DNA from: an uncultured Chitinophagales bacterium
Lineage (GTDB): Bacteria > Bacteroidota > Ignavibacteria > UBA10030 > F1-140-MAGs086
Direction of reading: 5' to 3'
Assembly: GCA_964358705.1 (NCBI GenBank)
Contig: CAYHPL010000001.1
Location: forward strand, 129,202 to 193,201
Length of the DNA: 64,000 nucleotides
Part shown: positions 28,153 to 37,173 of the stretch, in pieces
Numbering within the stretch: the stretch's first letter is position 1
How the letters are laid out: each line of letters begins with the position of its first letter
Translations under genes and position numbers: made by a program
The notes under the pieces: generated by a model
Told to the model about the DNA's origin: nothing
The model's input: only the letters and a program-made list of their open reading frames with translations
Database searches by the model: none

Positions 28153-28322
28153 CTTCCCATTTCATAAAACTCACGCCCCAGTCTGTAAAACTTACGCCCC
28201 AATTCATAAAACTCACGCCCCAATTTGTAAAACTTACGCCCCAATTTGTAAAACTTACGCCCCAATTCATAAAACTTGCACCCGCATTTGTAAAACTCGC
28301 ATCCGCATTCATAAATCTTGCC
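28153..28322. repeat. 8 x 21-bp tandem direct repeat (consensus ccccaatt[ct][ag]taaaact[ct]acg)
   Basis: Eight contiguous, exactly phased 21-bp units in the convergent gap between the RM gene and the histidine kinase; they decay toward the 3-prime end. Confidence 0.8.
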
Positions 28323-28387
28323 ATTTCAATTGCACTTAGTCCTCCTAAATCTTCGTCCCCTCTAAGCGAACTTTACACTCATTGTAT

Positions 28388-29833
28388 CTATAAATTCCTC
28401 CTCAACACAAAACTAAACACGCTCCCTTTTCCAATTTCGCTTTGCACTTCCACCTTGCTCTCGTGCGCTTCAATAATGTGTTTCACAATTGCAAGCCCAA
28501 GCCCCGTGCCGCCAACATCGCGAGAGCGGTCTTTATCTATGCGATAAAACCGTTCAAAAATACGCGGCAAATGTTCTTCTGCAATTCCGCAACCGGTATC
28601 AGTAACAATGATACGAACTCCGTTGCTCTCAATTGCGTATGCAATAATAATTTTTCCGGTTGCAGAGGTGTATTTGATTGCATTTTCAATCAGATTCAAC
28701 ATCACTTGTTTTATGCGCTCCTTATCAGCAAACACCTCAACTGATTGCGATGGAGAAATACATTCAAGAGAAATATTTTTTTGCTCCGCTTGCAATTGCA
28801 CTTCTTCGAGAACGGAATTAAAAAATTCGCGTAATGAAAAATAGCGAAACATCATTTTCATTTCGCCGGATTCGATACGCGAAATTTCTATCAAATCGGA
28901 AAGCAAAGCATTCAACCGTTGCGAGTGATGCATTGCCTTTTGCAAAAAACTCACATTCACTTTTTTATCGTCAATAGCCCCATTCAGCAACGTTTCAAGA
29001 GCAGTCTGCAATGCGAAAATCGGTGTGCGTAATTCGTGCGAAACATTGCCGAGAAATTCACTGCGCACACGCTCAAGTTTTTTTAACTGCACAATATCGT
29101 CATTGAGTTTCTGCACCATTGCATTGATAGCCGCCGCAAGTTTTCCTATCTCATCTTTTGAAGTATGTGCAATGCGCTTTTCCAATTTTCCTGCGCGGAT
29201 TTCCTCAGCAGTGTAAGCGATTGCGTTGATGGGGCGCGCTATTTTTTTTGAAATGAAATTTGATGCGAAAATAATAAAAATGAAAATAATACCGCTTGCA
29301 AAAAATATTTTTGAGCGGATTTCCTGCAATGCAATGTGTACTTCTGTAAGATGAATACTACCGCGCAGAACTGCAACAGTCGAAAGTATTCCCGTTTGTT
29401 GCAATGGTACATTTATTTTGCGTGCAAGATACATCATTTCTACATTTAGCGTTCCGCTGCGATGCTGACTCACTCCTTTTCCCTTGCGCAATGCTTCAAA
29501 CACTTCCGGGCGCATCCGGTGATTTTCAAGTGATGGTAATTTCTTTTCATCAACTTCAGAATCAAAAACGACAACGCCATCTGCGCGAATAAATGTTACG
29601 CGAATTTCCAGCGAGTGGGAGAGTTGCTGTAATTGTTCATACGAGAGCGATGATTGCGGAGAAGCAAACGTGCGGAGTTCGTATTCAATGGAGCGGATTT
29701 TTGCATCCAACTCATTGGTGAAACGCGCGAGAAAATATTGCTCTATCTCATACGAAATAAAAAATCCTGCTGAGGACAAAATACAAATACCCAGCAGGAG
29801 AAAAATAATATTGAGACGTGTCTGCAGTTTCAT
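28388..29833 (-). CDS. sensor histidine kinase, PhoR-like
   Basis: TM, HAMP, HisKA (SHELRTP), HATPase (GTGLGL); operonic with a PhoB-like regulator. Confidence 0.8.
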   Translation of the reverse strand: MKLQTRLNIIFLLLGICILSSAGFFISYEIEQYFLARFTNELDAKIRSIEYELRTFASPQSSLSYEQLQQLSHSLEIRVTFIRADGVVVFDSEVDEKKLPSLENHRMRPEVFEALRKGKGVSQHRSGTLNVEMMYLARKINVPLQQTGILSTVAVLRGSIHLTEVHIALQEIRSKIFFASGIIFIFIIFASNFISKKIARPINAIAYTAEEIRAGKLEKRIAHTSKDEIGKLAAAINAMVQKLNDDIVQLKKLERVRSEFLGNVSHELRTPIFALQTALETLLNGAIDDKKVNVSFLQKAMHHSQRLNALLSDLIEISRIESGEMKMMFRYFSLREFFNSVLEEVQLQAEQKNISLECISPSQSVEVFADKERIKQVMLNLIENAIKYTSATGKIIIAYAIESNGVRIIVTDTGCGIAEEHLPRIFERFYRIDKDRSRDVGGTGLGLAIVKHIIEAHESKVEVQSEIGKGSVFSFVLRRNL

Positions 29834-30531
29834 TCCGGAATATTTTTGCTGCGAAAACGATAGCCAATGCCTTTTATTGTTTCGATGTATTCGGCATACG
29901 TTCCTAATTTCTCGCGGATTTTTCGTATGTGAACATCAATTGTTCTGTCATTGACGCGCACGTCATTTCCCCAAATGCTATCGAGGAGTTTTTCGCGCGT
30001 TACAACATTGCCGCTATGCTCAATGAGAAATTGCAGCAATTGAAATTCCTTCTTCGGAAAAAAAATATCGCGTTTGTTGATGAATACTTTATGCTGCTCG
30101 GGATGAATTTCAATTTCTTCAAATACAATGGCACTGCTTTTTTGGGGAGAATGTTCCTGCTGTTCATTTTTGCGTAGTACAGATTTTATGCGCGCAAGAA
30201 GTTTTGGAATGGAAATTGGTTTGACAATATAATCCACCGCGCCAAGTTCCAATCCGACTACTTCATCAATTTCAGAACTTCGTGCAGTTAAAAAAATAAC
30301 AGGAATTTGTGAAGTCTCTTTGTTCCGCTGAAGCTGCTTGAGCGCTTCAAATCCATCCATACCGGGAAGCATTACATCGAGAAGAATTACATCCGGTTTT
30401 TTCGAAGCGCACGGCAATACATCGTAGCCATTAAATGCTGTAATGACATTGTAATTTTCTTTCTGCAAATTATATTGCAACAATTCTACAATATCTTTTT
30501 CATCATCAACAATAAGAATGGTTTTGTTCAT
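29830..30531 (-). CDS. OmpR/PhoB-family response regulator
   Basis: REC (DD...D..LPGMDG) plus winged-helix (GYRF). Confidence 0.85.
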   Translation of the reverse strand: MNKTILIVDDEKDIVELLQYNLQKENYNVITAFNGYDVLPCASKKPDVILLDVMLPGMDGFEALKQLQRNKETSQIPVIFLTARSSEIDEVVGLELGAVDYIVKPISIPKLLARIKSVLRKNEQQEHSPQKSSAIVFEEIEIHPEQHKVFINKRDIFFPKKEFQLLQFLIEHSGNVVTREKLLDSIWGNDVRVNDRTIDVHIRKIREKLGTYAEYIETIKGIGYRFRSKNIPE

Positions 30532-30549
30532 TGCATCTTTTTTAAAAAA

Positions 30550-31419
30550 TTATACAAAAACCATTTCCGGCACGAATGGAATTAATCCTTTTTCAAATCC
30601 CATCTGAAAAAGAAGCGCTAATGCTTTTTTACCGCTTTCGCCCATATTGATTGTCAGTTCACTCACGTACATTTTTACAAAACGTTCGCCGAGTTCTTCA
30701 TTTATTCCGCGCCCCCACTGCATCGCATACGGAATAGATTCTTTCTGGTGAGTATAACCGTAATGAATACTTTCCTTCAAACCGCATGAAATTTTTCTTG
30801 CTGTCTCTTCTCCCAAATCTTTGCGCACAACATCTAATCCAAGTGGAAGCGGAAGTCCGTTTGTTTTTTCGCTCCACAATTCACCAAAGTCAATTATTTT
30901 TTTGAAGCCCTCATCCTTGTATGTCAATTGTCCTTCGTGAATAAGAAGTCCGGCATCGTACGTTCCATCATTTACTTTCTCCATTATCGCATCGAACGGA
31001 ATATCAACATTTGTTATACCATCGCAGAAAATTTTGAACAGCAGAGTTGCAGTTGTCAGTTTACCGGGAGTTGCCACTTTTTTCCCGCGCAGTTCTTCAA
31101 GGGAAGAATATTTTTTTGAAACAAGAACGGGACCGTATCCTTCGCCCATACTTGCGCCTGTTTCCATTATCCAATAATGTTGCGCAACATAAGGGAATGC
31201 GTGCGCGGAAATTGCGGTAATTTCAAGTTCACTTTTCATAGCGCGAAGATTCAGCGATTGAATATCCTCGAGAAAATGTTCAATGGAAAATCCATCGAGT
31301 TTTACTTTGCCGCTTGCAAGTCCGTAGAACATAAATGCATCATCAGGGTCGGGTGAGTGTCCAACGTGAAGTATGCGGTCGGATGTTTGAGATTGGGGAT
31401 TTGAGATTTGTTTGTTCAA
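30550..31419 (-). CDS. mqnD: 1,4-dihydroxy-6-naphthoate synthase MqnD (futalosine pathway)
   Basis: VGHSPDPDDAFMFYGL...ISAHAF matches the MqnA/MqnD family. Confidence 0.7.
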   Translation of the reverse strand: MNKQISNPQSQTSDRILHVGHSPDPDDAFMFYGLASGKVKLDGFSIEHFLEDIQSLNLRAMKSELEITAISAHAFPYVAQHYWIMETGASMGEGYGPVLVSKKYSSLEELRGKKVATPGKLTTATLLFKIFCDGITNVDIPFDAIMEKVNDGTYDAGLLIHEGQLTYKDEGFKKIIDFGELWSEKTNGLPLPLGLDVVRKDLGEETARKISCGLKESIHYGYTHQKESIPYAMQWGRGINEELGERFVKMYVSELTINMGESGKKALALLFQMGFEKGLIPFVPEMVFV

Positions 31420-31443
31420 AAGAATTGTGCTTTAAAATTAAAA

Positions 31444-32199
31444 TTATTTTTGCGCGATATAAATAGTCGCGATACCAAATGTCAGTTGTGTTGCGGATAA
31501 ATTTTTGAATCCGATACTTTTTAAAATATGCAGAAACCGTTCTCCATCGGGAAAATTCATTACAGTATTGGGAAGATAATTGTACGCTTCCTTGTGTTGC
31601 GAAAATATTTTTCCGATGAGAGGCAAAATATTTTTAAAATAAAAAAAGTACAATTGGCGGAAAATAAATCCTTGCGGTTTTGAAAATTCAAGAATAAGTA
31701 TCACGCCGTTTTCAGACAGAACACGCTGCATTTCCTGCAATCCTTTTTCGAGATGCGCAAAATTTCGTACACCAAATGCAACAATTGCGGCATCAAAATA
31801 ATGTCCGTCAAATTGTAAATGTTCTGCGTCCCCTGTCTCTAAATAGATAATGTGTTGCAGATTTTTTTTTGCAATTTTTTTTCGTCCGATGTGCAGCATT
31901 TCATCAGCAATATCCACGCCGATAATTTCCTGGGGAGAAATTTTTTGTGCCGCAGCGATAGAAAAATCTCCTGTACCGCACGCAACATCAAGAATTTTTT
32001 TCGGTTGAAACGGAAGGAGAAGTTGCATTGCTTTATTGCGCCACCATACATCAACGCCGCCGCTGAGAAAGTGATTTAAAAAATCGTAGTTCTTTGCAAT
32101 GGAATTAAACATTGAGCGAACGTATGTTGTACGCTCGTTTTCTTCAGTTGTTTTTTCCATTGAATTGCAATGCGGAGAAAATTTTTCTGTGTGAATCAA
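31444..32199 (-). CDS. ubiE: demethylmenaquinone/ubiquinone C-methyltransferase UbiE/MenG
   Basis: YDFLNH..S.G.D..WR plus SAM motif ILDVACGTGD. Confidence 0.85.
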   Translation of the reverse strand: MIHTEKFSPHCNSMEKTTEENERTTYVRSMFNSIAKNYDFLNHFLSGGVDVWWRNKAMQLLLPFQPKKILDVACGTGDFSIAAAQKISPQEIIGVDIADEMLHIGRKKIAKKNLQHIIYLETGDAEHLQFDGHYFDAAIVAFGVRNFAHLEKGLQEMQRVLSENGVILILEFSKPQGFIFRQLYFFYFKNILPLIGKIFSQHKEAYNYLPNTVMNFPDGERFLHILKSIGFKNLSATQLTFGIATIYIAQK

Positions 32200-33182
32200 A
32201 GAAATAATTCAATGATTTTATAGCAACCCGCGCTAACAAGAGCAGAGAGCGGAATTGTGAGAATCCATGCAATTATAATATTGCCCGCTAATCCCCAGCG
32301 CACTGCAGACATTCGCTTTGTCGCGCCGACTCCCATTATTGCGGCAGTAATTGTGTGTGTTGTGCTGACGGATATTCCGAAAAATGCTGTGATAAGAAGA
32401 GTCAAACCACCGGAGGTTTCCGCACAAAATCCGCCGGATGCTTTCAGTTTTGTAATTTTTTGCCCCATTGTTTTTACAATGCGCCATCCTCCGAAAAGTG
32501 TTCCCATTGCAATGGCAAAATGGGATAGCAGAATTACCCAAAAAGGAACTTCAAATGTAGATAAATATCCGGCAGTAACAAGAAGTGTTGTGATGACCCC
32601 CATCGTTTTTTGCGCATCGTTTGTACCGTGTCCGAGACTGTACAATGCGGCAGAAAAAAGTTGTAAGGTTCGAAACCGTTGATTTACTTTGGAAGAAGGG
32701 CGATTATGAAATAACCACATTAAACTAGCCATTAAAATAAATCCGAGAAGAAGTCCAATGAGTGGTGCAAGAATTATGAAGAGCAAAGTTTTTGTCCAGC
32801 CAGAAATAATTATTACGTTAAAACCAGCATGTGCCATTGCCGAGCCGGCAAGTCCTCCCATAAGTGCGTGCGATGAACTTGACGGAATGCCGTAATACCA
32901 CGTTATCAGATTCCAGACAATTGCGCCGAGTAAAGCGCACATAACGACATATTCATTAACGGCGGATAATTCCACGAGACCTTTTCCTATTGTTTTTGCA
33001 ATATGAACATCAAAAAGGAATGCGGCAACAAGATTGAAAAAAGCCGCCCATGCTACTGCTTGCCGAGGGGAAAGTACTCGTGTTGAAACGATTGTAGCAA
33101 TAGAATTCGCCGCATCATGAAATCCGTTGAGAAAATCGAAAATGAGCGCAATGATAATGATTGAAATAACAAGTGTTAGCAT
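32196..33182 (-). CDS. inorganic phosphate transporter, PiT family
   Basis: Duplicated GTNDAQKTMG / GANDVAN-type PiT motifs. Confidence 0.9.
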   Translation of the reverse strand: MLTLVISIIIIALIFDFLNGFHDAANSIATIVSTRVLSPRQAVAWAAFFNLVAAFLFDVHIAKTIGKGLVELSAVNEYVVMCALLGAIVWNLITWYYGIPSSSSHALMGGLAGSAMAHAGFNVIIISGWTKTLLFIILAPLIGLLLGFILMASLMWLFHNRPSSKVNQRFRTLQLFSAALYSLGHGTNDAQKTMGVITTLLVTAGYLSTFEVPFWVILLSHFAIAMGTLFGGWRIVKTMGQKITKLKASGGFCAETSGGLTLLITAFFGISVSTTHTITAAIMGVGATKRMSAVRWGLAGNIIIAWILTIPLSALVSAGCYKIIELFL

Positions 33183-33191
33183 CGTCTCTTG

Positions 33192-33836
33192 TTATCCGTG
33201 TTTGATGAGTAAAGTTTCGAGTACATTCGATGCATCTTCACATTTATCAGTTGCAGTTTCAAGACTGACAAGAATTTCTTTCAGTTTGATGATTTTAATA
33301 GCATCTGTTTCATTTTCAAAAAGATTTGCAATTGCTTCTTCAAAAATTTTGTCTGCCTGATTTTCATAATCATTAATTTTATGGAGAATTTTTTTCAATG
33401 GTTCCGGGTCGCGGAAATCACGCAACATGTGAACGCCATTTTTTAATTCAATCACGGAAAGATGAATAACTTCAATGAGCGCAGTCATTGCCGGAGGACA
33501 TTCTTTGAGTTTATACAAAACGAAACGATGTGTGCTTCCGTCAATATAATCCATTACGTCGTCAAGCGCAGATGCGAGTAAATGAATATCTTCGCGGTCA
33601 AAAGGCGTAACAAATGTTGCACTGAGTTCTGCAAAAATTTCGTGCGTGATTGTGTCCGCGCGGTGTTCGTGTTCTGTAATCTGATTACTGATGCTCGCTC
33701 GTTCTTCATTCGTTGCTGTGGGAATTTTTTTTAGAAGAACAGAAGCGTCAAGAAGTGTTTGTGCTGCCTGCTCAAAGAGTTTATAGAATTTTTCATCGTG
33801 AGGAAGGAGAGTTTGGATAATATTATCAAGTTTCAT
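33192..33836 (-). CDS. DUF47/TIGR00153 PhoU-like protein paired with PiT
   Basis: Conserved PiT-DUF47 pairing; helical PhoU-like repeats. Confidence 0.8.
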   Translation of the reverse strand: MKLDNIIQTLLPHDEKFYKLFEQAAQTLLDASVLLKKIPTATNEERASISNQITEHEHRADTITHEIFAELSATFVTPFDREDIHLLASALDDVMDYIDGSTHRFVLYKLKECPPAMTALIEVIHLSVIELKNGVHMLRDFRDPEPLKKILHKINDYENQADKIFEEAIANLFENETDAIKIIKLKEILVSLETATDKCEDASNVLETLLIKHG

Positions 33837-34114
33837 TTGCTCAAAAAAATAGGATTGTGAGAGATGTCGCTAAAAAAGCGGGCAAAAATTACAGAAAGTT
33901 GATGAGATATTCAAGGAAGGCAAAGAGAAGTTTTGCAAATTGCCTGTAAAATTATTGATAATTTTCATTTTAAGGAGAATTTATCTATTTCAGTGAAAGT
34001 TCTTGCATAGTTCTGTGGAAATAAGTATTTTTCGTGCCAAAATTTTTCGACCGAAGCAATTACAAGGTTTAAAAAGCTTCTCTTACACTGGAAGCACACA
34101 GCCAAAAAATCTCA

Positions 34115-35053
34115 ATGCCAGAATTAAAAATTTTCTCCGGACGTTCGCATCGCGCACTTGCTATTGCTATCGCTGATACCATCGAACACGAACTTGGTAA
34201 ATGTGATATCGAGAATTTTTCGGATGGCGAAATTTGGGTGAAATATAATTCCAATATTCGCGGGGATGATGTCTTTATTGTACAATCAACAAATCCTCCT
34301 GCAGAAAATCTGATGGAATTATTGATTATGATTGATGCCGCAAAAAGAGCATCAGCAAGAAGAGTAACTGCCGTAATTCCCTATTTTGGATACGGAAGAC
34401 AGGATAGAAAAGACCAGCCGCGTGTTTCAATAACTGCGAAACTCGTTGCAAATCTGATTACAGAAGCAGGTGCAGATAGAGTTATTACGATGGATTTGCA
34501 CGCACCGCAGATACAAGGTTTTTTTGATATTCCAGTTGACCATTTATATTCTTCGGCGGTTTTTATGCCGTTTTTGAGACAATTTTCAATTCCGAATCTT
34601 GCAGTGGTTTCGCCTGATGTCGGAGGAATAAAATTAGCCCGTGCATATGCAAAACGTTTAGACAGCGAATTAATTCTGATTGATAAACGCCGTCCGAAGC
34701 CGAACATTGCTGAAGTGATGAATATTATCGGCGATGTGAATGAAAAAAATATTCTCATTGTAGATGATTTGATAGATACGGGAGGAACTTTTACGAATGC
34801 AGTTGAAGCGTTAAAAGATGCCGGTGCAAATGAAATCTATGGCGCGTGTGCTCACGCAGTACTCTCAGGTGATTCCGTAAGAAAAGTGGAAGAGTCATCA
34901 GTGAAAAAGTTATTTGTTACCGATACGTTCCCGACAAGAATAGTTTGTGAAAAAATCGAAGCGCTGACCGTAGCAAAAATATTTGGAGAAGCAATTCTCC
35001 GTTGTTATAATAATGAATCCATCAGTACGTTATTTGATATTGATAAAGGATAA
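34115..35053 (+). CDS. prs: ribose-phosphate pyrophosphokinase
   Basis: PRPP-binding DLIDTGGT and Prs-wide similarity. Confidence 0.95.
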   Translation: MPELKIFSGRSHRALAIAIADTIEHELGKCDIENFSDGEIWVKYNSNIRGDDVFIVQSTNPPAENLMELLIMIDAAKRASARRVTAVIPYFGYGRQDRKDQPRVSITAKLVANLITEAGADRVITMDLHAPQIQGFFDIPVDHLYSSAVFMPFLRQFSIPNLAVVSPDVGGIKLARAYAKRLDSELILIDKRRPKPNIAEVMNIIGDVNEKNILIVDDLIDTGGTFTNAVEALKDAGANEIYGACAHAVLSGDSVRKVEESSVKKLFVTDTFPTRIVCEKIEALTVAKIFGEAILRCYNNESISTLFDIDKG

Positions 35054-35085
35054 TAAGTTTTAATTACCGAATACAAAAAAAAGAA

Positions 35086-35772
35086 ATGAAAGAAGTAGCA
35101 TTACCAGTTGAAATACGCACTCAACTAAAAAAGAAAGTCGGAAGTTTACGTCGCGCAGGATTTATTCCAGGCGTGTACTATTTGCATGGCGAAAGCAATA
35201 TAAGTTTAAAAGTGAAGTTGACGCACTTGCTTCCGCTTGTTACAACAAATGAAACACACATCATCAATTTAAATTTTACCCCCGGTGAAACCCGTCAGGG
35301 AATTATCCGCGAAGTACAATTTGACGCGATTACGGATAAGCCCGTTCATATTGATTTTCAGGGAGTGCGAGCAGATGAAGAACTGACTTTAAAAGTGCCT
35401 ATAGTTTTGACTGGTGGAATACCAAGCGGAGTTCGTGAAGGCGGTGTTCTTCAGCATATTTTACATTCTTTAGAAATTTCATGCTTGCCAAAATTTATTC
35501 CGGAGCACATCGAAATAAATATAGCCAACCTGAGTATGAATCATACAATTCACGTGAGTGATTTGAATCTGGAAAATCTCCGCATTCTTACCCATGCAGG
35601 CGACCCAATTGTATCCGTGTTGCCGCCGTTGGTAGAAAAAGTGCAGACACCTGAAGAAGCAGCCGCAGATGCAGCAAAAGAACCCGAAGTAATTACCAAA
35701 GGTAAGAAAGAAGAAGAAGGCGCTCCTGCAACAGGTGATAAAGGCGCTAAGGCAGCAACTCCCAAAAAATAA
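35086..35772 (+). CDS. rplY: 50S ribosomal protein L25 / general stress protein Ctc
   Basis: L25 N-terminal domain; K/A-rich tail. Confidence 0.85.
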   Translation: MKEVALPVEIRTQLKKKVGSLRRAGFIPGVYYLHGESNISLKVKLTHLLPLVTTNETHIINLNFTPGETRQGIIREVQFDAITDKPVHIDFQGVRADEELTLKVPIVLTGGIPSGVREGGVLQHILHSLEISCLPKFIPEHIEINIANLSMNHTIHVSDLNLENLRILTHAGDPIVSVLPPLVEKVQTPEEAAADAAKEPEVITKGKKEEEGAPATGDKGAKAATPKK

Positions 35773-35852
35773 TTTTTTTAACAACATATATTCTCTGCTT
35801 CAGTTTTCATAATAATTGAAGCCAATTTAACCACGACCATAGAGATAATTTA

Positions 35853-36299
35853 ATGGAACACATACAACGACTCTACGAAACAACGTTTATCATAAACGGG
35901 GTACTCGAAGACGTTCATATCGAAGCTACGATTGCCAAAGTGCAGGACTTAGTTTTGAAGAATGGCTGCGAAATTGTAACCCTGACCCGATGGGGAAGAA
36001 AACGTTTTGCCTATCCCATCAAACACAAAAATAACGGCTACTACGTTATTCTTGAATTCAAAGCGTTTCCCGAATTCGCAAAGGAACTTGAGCGCTTTTA
36101 TCATTTAGATGAAAATATTCTTCGCCATCTTACCATTCTTGTTTCCAAGAAAATGGTTCAGCAGCGGGAAGTGAAACCGTTTATCATCGAACAAGTTTCT
36201 CCTTTGAATGATACGCCTGCGCTTGAAGAAATTGAAATTAAAGAAGCGATTGAAGAGCTCAAATCTGAAATCGAAGTTATTGCGGAAGGAAAGGAATAA
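35853..36299 (+). CDS. rpsF: 30S ribosomal protein S6
   Basis: YE..FI......[10 protein letters not shown] motif; acidic tail. Confidence 0.85.
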   Translation: MEHIQRLYETTFIINGVLEDVHIEATIAKVQDLVLKNGCEIVTLTRWGRKRFAYPIKHKNNGYYVILEFKAFPEFAKELERFYHLDENILRHLTILVSKKMVQQREVKPFIIEQVSPLNDTPALEEIEIKEAIEELKSEIEVIAEGKE

Positions 36300-36301
36300 T
36301 T

Positions 36302-36583
36302 ATGCAACAACGCGCAGACCAAAAAAAGTTTTATGACAAAAGGAAAAAACAACAGCAGGAAGACCTTAACAGAAAACGCACATGCCGTTTTTGTAAATCA
36401 AAAGATATCTACATTGATTTCAAAGATGAAAAGCGTTTGATTCGTCTCGTCTCGGAACAGGGAAAAGTAATTCCGAAAAGAATTACCGGAACCTGTGCAA
36501 AACATCAGCGGCAACTTGTCAACGCAATTAAACGCGCCAGACATCTTGCTTTACTGCCATTTGTTTCCACCATAATTCGTTAA
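36302..36583 (+). CDS. rpsR: 30S ribosomal protein S18
   Basis: CRFC..K..YIDFKD...L..F..E.GKI.P.R.TG.CAK.QR.L..AIKRAR. Confidence 0.9.
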   Translation: MQQRADQKKFYDKRKKQQQEDLNRKRTCRFCKSKDIYIDFKDEKRLIRLVSEQGKVIPKRITGTCAKHQRQLVNAIKRARHLALLPFVSTIIR

Positions 36584-36594
36584 GGAGCAAGACA

Positions 36595-37038
36595 ATGAAA
36601 ATTATATTACGTCAAGACCACCCGCAACTTGGGAAAATGGGCGATGTTGTAACTGTGAAAGACGGATACGCTCGTAATTATCTGATTCCGCGAAGTATTG
36701 CCTATCACGCAATTCCTGGAAAACTTCGCGCACTTGAGGAGGAGAAACAACAAAAAACGATGCGCGATAAAAAAGATTTGCGAACAGCACAGCAACGTTC
36801 ATCCGATTTGGAAAAACTTTCTGTCTCTATTTCTGTAAAAGTAGGAGAGGGCGACCGTTTGTTTGGCTCCGTAACATCAGCAGATATTGCAAATGCATTG
36901 AAGGAATTAAAGTTCGAAGTAGATAAACGTACCATTGAACTTGATGAACCAATCAAAGCATTAGGTATGTACACTGTTCCTGTGAAGTTACACAGTGACG
37001 TGAAAAGCTACATCAAAGTCTGGGTCGTGAAAGAATAA
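36595..37038 (+). CDS. rplI: 50S ribosomal protein L9
   Basis: MKIIL..D...LGK.GDVV.VK.GYARNYLIP. Confidence 0.9.
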   Translation: MKIILRQDHPQLGKMGDVVTVKDGYARNYLIPRSIAYHAIPGKLRALEEEKQQKTMRDKKDLRTAQQRSSDLEKLSVSISVKVGEGDRLFGSVTSADIANALKELKFEVDKRTIELDEPIKALGMYTVPVKLHSDVKSYIKVWVVKE

Positions 37039-37173
37039 TTACGGCACTCGAAAACCTTTGTAAGGACACACTTGCTTGCGGAGAATTCCACCATTTGTGT
37101 CCTTCTCTGTTTTATAACACAAAACACAATTTTATATCATATAATCTAACCACATTCACAATATTACACGATT

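Noticed and set aside
28153-28322. CRISPR array
   Set aside because: Units are contiguous 21-mers with no unique spacers. They are too short for CRISPR repeats and there are no cas genes.
28100-28324. 74-aa ORF encoding WGVSFTN heptad repeats
   Set aside because: It is simply the in-frame translation of the 21-bp tandem repeat. No expression signals are evident. I kept it only as a caveat.
37060-37112. Terminator after rplI (AAGGACACA...TGTGTCCTT)
   Set aside because: The stem is plausible but the loop is ~25 nt and the T-tract is weak, so I am not confident enough to call it.
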